From: Clostridia bacterium | GTDB lineage: Bacteria; Bacillota; Clostridia; Saccharofermentanales; UBA5734 | Direction: 5' to 3' | NCBI GenBank assembly: GCA_009928985.1 | Contig: SABL01000001.1 | Coordinates: 3,023-67,022, forward strand | DNA length: 64,000 nucleotides | Position numbers and translations under genes: made by a program | In this document: positions 56,254 through 64,000 of the stretch, piece by piece | Position numbering within the stretch: the first letter of the stretch is position 1 | How the letters are laid out: each line of letters starts with the position of its first letter | Notes under the pieces: generated by a model | The model's database searches: none | Told to the model about the DNA's origin: nothing | Seen by the model: only the letters and a program-made list of their open reading frames with translations

Positions 56254-56782
56254 GCAGCGCAAATATGCCACTGGCCAGGCCATGGCCCTGGTCGATGCCG
56301 CCCTGGGTGAACTCCAGGTCCGGGAACCCTTTGGCCGCCAGCTGGTGCGCAAAGGATACACCGGTGCCCTCACGGTCACCTTTGTCAGCCGAGGGGAAAT
56401 ACGCCGGGTCAATGCCGCCACCCGGAGCATTGACAAAGTGACCGATGTCTTGTCATTTCCCATGCAAGAACTCGTCGATGGCAAACTGGCAGTGCCATTG
56501 CAGGCTGCTGACCTGGATTATTCTTCTGGTCAGCCGGTCGTTTTTCTCGGTGACATCCTGATCTGCCTGGAAAAAGCTGAGCAGCAGGCACATGAGCTGG
56601 GGCACCGGTTCGAGCGCGAGATTGCCTTTCTGGCGATCCATGGTTGTCTCCACCTGCTCGGCTATGACCATGACACACCGGAGCGGGAAAAGGCCATGTT
56701 GCACCGGCAGCGGGCGGTCCTGCTGAAACTGGGCTTGAACCGGGGCCCATCCCATCATGAAACACAAGGAGATCTGATATGA
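56231..56782 (+). CDS. ybeY: rRNA maturation endoribonuclease YbeY
   Basis: Zinc motif HGCLHLLGYDH. The start is set at ATG 56231 (MQIQYVN...); the longer ORF-track start at 56117 lies inside pgpH. Confidence 0.85.
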   Translation: MQIQYVNKQRKYATGQAMALVDAALGELQVREPFGRQLVRKGYTGALTVTFVSRGEIRRVNAATRSIDKVTDVLSFPMQELVDGKLAVPLQAADLDYSSGQPVVFLGDILICLEKAEQQAHELGHRFEREIAFLAIHGCLHLLGYDHDTPEREKAMLHRQRAVLLKLGLNRGPSHHETQGDLI

Positions 56783-57699
56783 CATCATCACCCGAATTCC
56801 GTTCCGGATTTGTTTCTCTCGTCGGCAGGCCCAATGTCGGCAAATCGACGTTGCTCAATCAGCTGGCTGGCCAGCGACTGGCCATCACGTCGCCCAAACC
56901 GCAGACGACTCGTTCGGTCATCCGGGCCATCCTCGACCAGCCGGATACCCAGATTGTCTTCGTCGATACGCCCGGACTGCACCAGCCCAAAAGCAAGTTG
57001 GGACGCTACATGACGGATTCCGCCCGTATGGCTCTTCAGGAGTCAGATGTTGTACTGCTTCTGATCGAGGCTGGTTTTTCACCCCGGGTCCTGGATTTGG
57101 AGAAAAAAGTGCTCGACCAGCTCAAAGGCAGTGTGAAACCAGTCATCCTGGTCATCAATAAAGTGGATGTCAATGAAAAGGAAGCCCTGCTGCCCTTGAT
57201 TGCAGCTTTCAGCCAGGCTTTCGATTTTGCCGCGATCATCCCGGTCAGTGCCAAAACCGGCGATGGCACTCAGGTATTGGTCGAGGAGATCAAGAAACAT
57301 TTGCAGCCTGGCCCACGCTATTTTCCAGAAGACAGCCTGACCGACCAGACGGAACGCATGATTGCGGCCGAACTGATCCGGGAGCAGATCCTCAAGAAAA
57401 CCCATGAAGAAATTCCCCACGGCACCGCCGTGTCGATCGAATCATTCAAGGAAGACTTGGATGATGCTGGCGAACGGGTCCGGGTCACCATCGAGGCGAC
57501 CATCCTGTGTGAGCGGGACACCCACAAAGGCATCATCATTGGCAAGCGTGGCAGCATGCTGACGGCGATTGGAACCGATGCCCGCAAGGAAATCGAAGCC
57601 ATGCTCGATTGCCCTTGCTACCTCGATCTGTTTGTCAGAGTCAGGGAAGACTGGCGCAATCGCCAGAACATTCTCAATGACCTGGGCTACCATTCCTGA
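56779..57699 (+). CDS. era: GTPase Era
   Basis: G1 GRPNVGKSTLLN, G3 DTPG, G4 NKVD, and a C-terminal KH domain. ATGA overlap with ybeY. Confidence 0.95.
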   Translation: MTSSPEFRSGFVSLVGRPNVGKSTLLNQLAGQRLAITSPKPQTTRSVIRAILDQPDTQIVFVDTPGLHQPKSKLGRYMTDSARMALQESDVVLLLIEAGFSPRVLDLEKKVLDQLKGSVKPVILVINKVDVNEKEALLPLIAAFSQAFDFAAIIPVSAKTGDGTQVLVEEIKKHLQPGPRYFPEDSLTDQTERMIAAELIREQILKKTHEEIPHGTAVSIESFKEDLDDAGERVRVTIEATILCERDTHKGIIIGKRGSMLTAIGTDARKEIEAMLDCPCYLDLFVRVREDWRNRQNILNDLGYHS

Positions 57700-57705
57700 G
57701 CACCG

Positions 57706-58449
57706 ATGTCTCACGAGCACGTCCGCGGTTTTGTCCTGAGAGAAGTCGCCCTGGGTGAAGCGGACCGGCTGATCGAAATCCTCACGGCCCAGAAAGGCCT
57801 GGTGACCGCCCTGGCCCGCGGATCCAGGCGCATGAAAAGCCCGTTGCTGGCTGCAACCCAGATCTTTGCCTTGAGCGATTTCACCCTGTTCAATTACAAG
57901 GGCCGCACCACCATCGATTCCGCCGAACTGGTCGAGCCCTTCTTGCGCCTGCGCGAAGATCTGGACCGGCTGGTTTGTGCAGCCCATCTGGCTGAAGTTT
58001 TCCATGATCTCGTGCGCGATGATCTCTCGGATGACCGGATGTACGTCCTCTGGGCTTATTCGTGCCATGCCATCCTGAGCCAGCCTGATCCACTCCTGGC
58101 AACCCATGTGGCGCAACTCAAGGCGTTGGCTGTTTCGGGATTCACCCCTGCGCTCACCGCCTGCCAGGTCTGTGGCACAAAACAACTTCCGTCAGGCTGG
58201 TTTGATTTCCAGGCCCATGGGCTGCTCTGCCCTGAAGATTTCAGGCCGGCTCAAGCCCAGGATGTCCAGCACCTTTCAGCGCCAGCGCTGGCCTGTCTCC
58301 ATCATATCCTCCAGAGTCCGGCCGGTCGGCTGTTCGCATTCAGTGTGTCGGATGCTGTCAAAAATGAGGTCCGGACATTTTCCGAACGTTATTTGACTGT
58401 CATCATGGAAAAGAAGTATCAGCGCCTCTCGTTGCTTCAGGACTTGTGA
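57706..58449 (+). CDS. recO: DNA repair protein RecO
   Basis: OB-fold N-terminus GFVLREVALGEADRLIEILT and a central Cys pair (CQVCG) of the zinc motif, 247 aa. Conserved era-recO order. Confidence 0.85.
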   Translation: MSHEHVRGFVLREVALGEADRLIEILTAQKGLVTALARGSRRMKSPLLAATQIFALSDFTLFNYKGRTTIDSAELVEPFLRLREDLDRLVCAAHLAEVFHDLVRDDLSDDRMYVLWAYSCHAILSQPDPLLATHVAQLKALAVSGFTPALTACQVCGTKQLPSGWFDFQAHGLLCPEDFRPAQAQDVQHLSAPALACLHHILQSPAGRLFAFSVSDAVKNEVRTFSERYLTVIMEKKYQRLSLLQDL

Positions 58450-60941
58450 CTGGACCAGAAATCCCTGAGCATTGCCACCAGACCAGTTGTATCTTCGATC
58501 TCGCATGGCTGCCATTCCTGTGGAAACAGGGCCTGGTATTCCGGCTTTTTATAACGGTCATCGATCAAGAGCACAAATCCTGTGTCGGTTTCAGAGCGGA
58601 TAACCCGGCCGGCGGCCTGCTGGACTTTGTTAAAGCCAGGGTACTGGTAGGCATATTCAAAACCGCGCCCCAGACGGCTGGCAAAATACTGGCTCATGAT
58701 CTCGCGTTCCGGACTCAGCTGGGGTAGACCAACGCCTACAATCATGACACCGCTGAGCCGCTCGCCGGTCAAGTCGATGCCTTCGTTAAACAAGCTGCCC
58801 AGAACAGCCAGACCGATCAGCGTCTTGCTGCCGAAACGCTCGAACCGGTTGAGAAAGGCCTGTTTTTGGGCCTCGTCCATACTGGGGACCTGGACGATGA
58901 AATCCAGGTCGGTGCGGTCTTTCTGCATCTTGAGGATCTGGCGCACCTTGGCCAGGTAGGCGTAGGAGGGCAGGAAAACCAGGTAATTGCCGATCCGCGT
59001 GCGAGCGGCAGCCAGGATCTCCTCGACAATCGGGACGATGGTTGACGTACGGTCCTGGTAACGGGTCGAATAGCGCGTGTCCAAAAGGACAAGAAAATTC
59101 TCCGGTGGAAAAGGGGAGGGCAGGCTGAGCTTTTCTGGTTGCCGGCTGCTGGCATCGCTATCCAGCAAACCGACATAGTAATCAAGCGGGTTCAGTGTGG
59201 CTGAGAAAAAGACGACCGGGTGGCGATCCCGGTAGATGTCAGTCAGGAACGTAGAGGCATCGAGGCACATCAGGCGGACTTTGGTGGCCTTGTTTTCCTG
59301 GAACGCTGTCGTGATGTAAGCTTGGCCATAGTAGAGTTCAGCCACTTTGTTGAAAAAATGCGCGGCTAAAAAGAGGTCCAGGATCTTTTTGGATTCGGGG
59401 TCATCAGCATGGTCATCCAGATACTGGCGGGAAAAGTGGATGATCCGGCCGAGGAGTTTTTGCAGGTGCAGAGGCTTATGGGTCATGGCCAGGAACTGGT
59501 CACTTTGCATCAGGCGCCCGTTCTGGTCCGGCTCCACAACTGCAAACCCAGTCTGGCCAGAATGCATCTCCACCTGGCCTTCGGCTGGAGTGGGTGAGAT
59601 CTCCCCGGACAGGCGTTCCCGGTACTGGTCCAGCCGCTTGAGCGCCTGGGTCAGATAGGGATGCTGGTCTTTGAGGATGGACAAGGCCTCCTGGACGAGG
59701 GAAAAGTCAAAATCGGCACGATACATTTCCCGCGACCGGTCGGGCAGATTGTGGGCTTCATCGACCAGAACCAGATGCGTTTGGTCGGAGTTGTTGAAAA
59801 AGCGGTCCAGCTGGATCCTCGGGTCAAAGACGTAATTATAGTCGGCGATGATGATGTCGCAATAGAGAGCAAAATCGAGCGATAGTTCAAAAGGGCAGAC
59901 CCTATGGGCCTGGGCGATGGCCCTGATTTGATCTGGATGACAATGCCCGCCTGTTTTCAGCAAATCGGACAGGGCGGCAGGCAGATTCTTGTAATAAGCC
60001 AGGGCATAGGGGCACAGGCGGACATTGCAGAACAAGTCTGGAGCCAGACAGCTTTTCTCTTTGGCCTTGAGGGTCAGGCTGCGCAGGAACAGACCCTGGG
60101 CTCGCAAATCGTGAAGGGCTTGCTCAGCCACTTTGCGCGTCGAAGACATGGCAGTGAGGTAGAAGACCCGGTCGATTTGATGATGTGCCAGCAGACGAAC
60201 GGCAGGGAACAGGACCGACAAGGTCTTGCCAGTGCCAGTTGGTGCCTGGGCAAAGAGCACGCCTTTTTGCCGCGTGATACCAATGACTTCCTGCATCAGG
60301 CGTTTCTGGCCCGGTCTCAGAGCTGCAAATGGGAAGGGGACGGTTTTGGCACTTTCATCACGCAGCTTGTGTCCGGATAAAATCTGGCTGGCCAGGCTGG
60401 CAAAGTGCTCGGCGGTCTCCTGGAAAAAATCGTGCAGGTTTTGCCTGGTTTCGGTGCGGCGATGTTCGATGAGTTCGAACGTTTCCTGGCTGACATAGCA
60501 CAGGCCGATGGTGACTTGGTCTTGCTTGGTCGCTTGCAGGAAAAGATGGGCATACAGCATGACTTGAGCCCAATGGACCAGGTCTCCCTGTTCTGGCAAG
60601 AAGCGGGCTGAACCGGCAAAACTTTTAGCTTCGATCAGGATGGTCTCGCTGCCCTCCTGAACAACCAAGTCGCAGCGGCCGCTGACTCGCAGCAGAACAG
60701 ATTGGCAGATCGCCTCGCCATTGAGACGGTATTCAGACTGGACCGCGTCTTTGCCCAGTCGTTCGACATAATGGCGGACCAGTTTCTGGTGCAAGCGGGT
60801 GCCTTCCGCACCACTGACGGAGGCATAAGAAGGCCCACCGAGCCCGCCCTGGCGATGGACAGCTTCGGCCAGGGTCCGGATGGCAACCGGCAAAACCGGA
60901 AGATCAGGAGGCTGCTGAGAAGATTGAGATTCCTGTGGCAT
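58437..60941 (-). CDS. fusion of a RecB-type PD-(D/E)XK nuclease domain and an XPD/DinG-family Fe-S SF2 helicase
   Basis: Nuclease motifs in order: GRCDLVV, ILIEAKS, AQVMLYA (QxxxY). Helicase motifs: APTGTGKT, four Cys (KSCLAPDLFCNVRLC...RVCPFE), LVDEAHNL, and a C-terminal Helicase_C_2-like AAGRVIR. The start is trimmed to ATG 60941 after GAAAGGGGGG, because the longer ORF-track start (61091) runs into tRNA-Leu. Confidence 0.75.
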   Translation of the reverse strand: MPQESQSSQQPPDLPVLPVAIRTLAEAVHRQGGLGGPSYASVSGAEGTRLHQKLVRHYVERLGKDAVQSEYRLNGEAICQSVLLRVSGRCDLVVQEGSETILIEAKSFAGSARFLPEQGDLVHWAQVMLYAHLFLQATKQDQVTIGLCYVSQETFELIEHRRTETRQNLHDFFQETAEHFASLASQILSGHKLRDESAKTVPFPFAALRPGQKRLMQEVIGITRQKGVLFAQAPTGTGKTLSVLFPAVRLLAHHQIDRVFYLTAMSSTRKVAEQALHDLRAQGLFLRSLTLKAKEKSCLAPDLFCNVRLCPYALAYYKNLPAALSDLLKTGGHCHPDQIRAIAQAHRVCPFELSLDFALYCDIIIADYNYVFDPRIQLDRFFNNSDQTHLVLVDEAHNLPDRSREMYRADFDFSLVQEALSILKDQHPYLTQALKRLDQYRERLSGEISPTPAEGQVEMHSGQTGFAVVEPDQNGRLMQSDQFLAMTHKPLHLQKLLGRIIHFSRQYLDDHADDPESKKILDLFLAAHFFNKVAELYYGQAYITTAFQENKATKVRLMCLDASTFLTDIYRDRHPVVFFSATLNPLDYYVGLLDSDASSRQPEKLSLPSPFPPENFLVLLDTRYSTRYQDRTSTIVPIVEEILAAARTRIGNYLVFLPSYAYLAKVRQILKMQKDRTDLDFIVQVPSMDEAQKQAFLNRFERFGSKTLIGLAVLGSLFNEGIDLTGERLSGVMIVGVGLPQLSPEREIMSQYFASRLGRGFEYAYQYPGFNKVQQAAGRVIRSETDTGFVLLIDDRYKKPEYQALFPQEWQPCEIEDTTGLVAMLRDFWSSHKS

Positions 60942-60994
60942 CGCTACAGCCCCCCTTTCACGAAACCTGGATTGTGACTCGACCAAACCCTGGG

Positions 60995-61040
60995 AAAAAC
61001 AAAAACTGCATCGTATGTGCTGATACACGAAACGATGCAG
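60995..61040 (-). terminator. rho-independent terminator after tRNA-Leu(CAG)
   Basis: A 9 bp stem CTGCATCGT/ACGATGCAG followed on the minus strand by TTTTTGTTTTT. Confidence 0.7.
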
Positions 61041-61047
61041 TTCTTGA

Positions 61048-61134
61048 TGGTGCGGAGAACAGGACTTGAACCTGCATGACCTCTCGATCACTAGTACCTG
61101 AAACTAGCGCGTCTGCCAATTCCGCCATCTCCGC
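61048..61134 (-). tRNA. tRNA-Leu (anticodon CAG), long variable arm, CCA encoded
   Basis: Read on the minus strand: acceptor GCGGAGA/TCTCCGC, anticodon loop TTCAGGT, 87 nt. Confidence 0.9.
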
Positions 61135-61146
61135 GGGACGTTGATT

Positions 61147-61175
61147 ATAATAACCTGCCGATGGTCAAATTGCAA
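61147..61175 (-). promoter_or_regulatory. promoter for tRNA-Leu(CAG)
   Basis: On the minus strand: TTGCAA, 17 nt spacer, TATTAT, ~12 nt upstream of the tRNA 5' end. Confidence 0.5.
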
Positions 61176-61220
61176 GACCTGATTTATAATTTTAGAGCAC
61201 TTATTTTTGGAGGGCAAAAA

Positions 61221-62645
61221 ATGAATCGAAAACTGGAACAATTCAAAAAAATGATCCTTGGCAAGCGCGTTGCCGTCCTCGGGGTTGGCATCAGCAACCG
61301 CCCTCTGATCCGTTACATCCATGCGCTAGGCGCCCGTGTCACCGCTTTTGACATGCTGACGGAAGATGATCCGGTCCTGAGTCGGACACGAGCTGATTTT
61401 GCTGCCGAGGGCATCGAGCTGGACTGGTCCGTCGGTCCCGATTACCTCGACCGGCTGAAAGGCTTTGACTTGGTGTTCCGCACGCCCAAGATGCGACCGG
61501 ATGTGCCCGAGCTGATCGCCGAACGCGAACGCGGAGCCATCATCACCTCGGAAATGGAAGTCTTCATGGCACTCTGTCCCGCCCGGATCTTTGCGATCAC
61601 CGGTTCAGATGGCAAGACGACCACCACAACCCTGATCAGCCTGATTTTGAAAGAAGCCGGATACACTGTCCATCTGGGCGGCAATATCGGGACACCTTTG
61701 CTCGACCGGATCGACCAGGTCCTGCCGACGGACATGGTCGTGCTGGAATTGTCGAGTTTCCAGCTATCGAGCATGCGGCAAAGCCCGGATGTCGCAGTTG
61801 TCACCAATGTCACCCCCAATCATCTTGATGTCCATAAGGATTATCAGGAGTACATCGATGCCAAGAAAAACATCTACCTGTACCAGTCCTTCATGGGCCG
61901 GCTGGTCTTGAACAGTGAGAATTATGTCACCCGGTCGATGATTCCCGAATCCAGAGGTGAAACCGTCCTGTTTGCCCGGAAAAACCCCGGTCTGGCGGCG
62001 GGCGTGGTTGTCGTCGACGGCACGATCTGCATCAGGAGTGAGGGCATTGACAGACCCGTTGTCGCAACCAAAGACATTGTCATCCCCGGCAAGCACAATA
62101 TCGAGAATTACCTGGCTGCCACTGCTGCCACTTGGGGCTATGTCCAGCCAGAACACGTCGCTGCTGTGGCAACCCGGTTTGGTGGCGTCGAGCACCGTCT
62201 CGAGCTCGTGCGTGAGCTCTCAGGCGTCCGTTATTACAATAGCTCGATCGATACCAGTCCGACCCGTACCAAAGCCGCCCTGCAGGCCCTCTTGGACCGC
62301 AAGGAAAGAGTAGTCCTGATCACCGGTGGCAAGGACAAGAAATGCGATTATTCCGGTCTGGGTGAAGCGATTGCCAAAGTATCCGGCAAGATCATCCTGT
62401 GTGGGGATAATTCCGATCTGATCTTGCGAAGCCTGATGCTGGAAGCTCCGATGGCCAAAGTCGATCCGAAAAGCCTGGTCATTCAGCCGGTTGATTCCTA
62501 TGAAGAAGCGGTGGTCTTGGCCCGGTCGCTGGCTGAGCCAGGGGAAATTGTCGTTCTTTCACCGGCGGGTACCAGCTTTGACAAGTTCCGCCATTTTGAA
62601 GAACGGGGCAATCTTTTCAAGAATCTGGTCAATGGATTGGATTGA
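61221..62645 (+). CDS. murD: UDP-N-acetylmuramoylalanine--D-glutamate ligase
   Basis: Motifs LGVGISN and ITGSDGKTTTT, with a Mur ligase C-terminal domain. The start is at the ATG after GGAGGG rather than the ORF-track start at 61161. Confidence 0.95.
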   Translation: MNRKLEQFKKMILGKRVAVLGVGISNRPLIRYIHALGARVTAFDMLTEDDPVLSRTRADFAAEGIELDWSVGPDYLDRLKGFDLVFRTPKMRPDVPELIAERERGAIITSEMEVFMALCPARIFAITGSDGKTTTTTLISLILKEAGYTVHLGGNIGTPLLDRIDQVLPTDMVVLELSSFQLSSMRQSPDVAVVTNVTPNHLDVHKDYQEYIDAKKNIYLYQSFMGRLVLNSENYVTRSMIPESRGETVLFARKNPGLAAGVVVVDGTICIRSEGIDRPVVATKDIVIPGKHNIENYLAATAATWGYVQPEHVAAVATRFGGVEHRLELVRELSGVRYYNSSIDTSPTRTKAALQALLDRKERVVLITGGKDKKCDYSGLGEAIAKVSGKIILCGDNSDLILRSLMLEAPMAKVDPKSLVIQPVDSYEEAVVLARSLAEPGEIVVLSPAGTSFDKFRHFEERGNLFKNLVNGLD

Positions 62646-62682
62646 GGCGATTTGGATGTGACACACTCAGGATATTTTGAAC

Positions 62683-62718
62683 GAAAAAAGAACCATCCGG
62701 CTGGATGGTTCTCTTTTT
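62683..62718. terminator. bidirectional terminator between murD (+) and tRNA-Tyr (-)
   Basis: A perfect 10 bp stem AGAACCATCC/GGATGGTTCT flanked by an A tract on one side and a T tract on the other. Confidence 0.8.
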
Positions 62719-62803
62719 TGGTGGGGGAAGGTGGATTCGAACCACCGAAGTCGGTGACAACAGATTTACAGTCTGCCCCCTTTGGCCGCTCGGGAATTCC
62801 CCC
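62719..62803 (-). tRNA. tRNA-Tyr (anticodon GTA), long variable arm, CCA encoded
   Basis: Read on the minus strand: acceptor GGGGGAA/TTCCCCC, anticodon loop CTGTAAA. Confidence 0.9.
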
Positions 62804-62824
62804 ATGAGAAGTTTTTATGCGAGG

Positions 62825-62901
62825 TGGTGGGCCATCAGGGACTTGAACCCCGGACCGACCGGTTATGAGCCGGCTGCTCTGACCAACTGAGCTAATGGCC
62901 C
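62825..62901 (-). tRNA. tRNA with CAT anticodon: elongator Met, or Ile2 if lysidinylated
   Basis: Read on the minus strand: acceptor GGGCCAT/ATGGCCC, anticodon loop CTCATAA. The paired 1-72 position and the lack of three consecutive G-C pairs in the anticodon stem argue against an initiator. Confidence 0.85.
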
Positions 62902-62940
62902 ATTTGCCTTGCGCGGCACCTTGCCTCAGCAACAAGGGAG

Positions 62941-63949
<1,009 letters not shown>

Positions 63950-63953
63950 ACGG

Positions 63954-64000
63954 ATGCAATTGCGATCCAAAGATTTGCTCGGCATCAAAGAGCTGTCAGC
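63954..64000 (+). CDS. pyrB: 5' end of the next pyr gene, probably aspartate carbamoyltransferase; cut by window edge
   Basis: ATG 7 nt after AAGGGGGA. The translation MQLRSKDLLGIKELS resembles ATCase N-termini. Only 15 codons are visible. Confidence 0.35.
   Translation, partial: MQLRSKDLLGIKELS

Noticed and set aside
60942-61091. N-terminal 50 codons of the 884 aa helicase ORF, and likewise 63011..63400 of the 312 aa pyrR ORF
   Set aside because: These extensions run through tRNA-Leu genes, terminators and the pyr leader. Internal ATGs with good Shine-Dalgarno sequences give proteins with normal N-termini.

Overview
This window looks like core chromosome from a Bacillota (Firmicutes)-type genome. 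The gene order is typical: nadD-yqeK-rsfS-comEA, efp-asp23-nusB-xseA-xseB-ispA-dxs-nadK-argR-recN, rny-ymdB, lspA-rluD and phoH-pgpH-ybeY-era-recO. The tRNA genes encode their CCA ends. Third codon positions are G/C-biased, which produces many long antisense shadow ORFs. I call 60 protein-coding genes (2 cut by the window edges) and 10 tRNAs in five loci, most with recognisable sigma-A-like promoters and rho-independent terminators. There is also a PyrR-type attenuator ahead of pyrR. I saw no rRNA, CRISPR array, transposase, integrase or prophage genes. Several items are less ordinary. (1) A larE-larB-larC nickel-pincer cofactor operon is translationally coupled to prfB, with no LarA-type enzyme nearby. 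(2) A four-gene late-step C30 carotenoid module (crtQ-crtO-crtP-aldH) lacks crtM and crtN and is bracketed by tRNA loci. (3) A solitary gene fuses a RecB-type PD-(D/E)XK nuclease domain to an XPD/DinG-type Fe-S helicase. (4) There is a NadD-YqeK fusion, a TGS-less ThrRS with no T-box leader, two orphan solute-binding-type lipoproteins in odd operon contexts, and a divergent topo IV-like pair with a coupled unknown membrane protein. I did not find a convincing new multi-gene system; the nuclease-helicase fusion and the truncated carotenoid module are the best leads. All family assignments come from motif and sequence recognition by eye, not from database searches.
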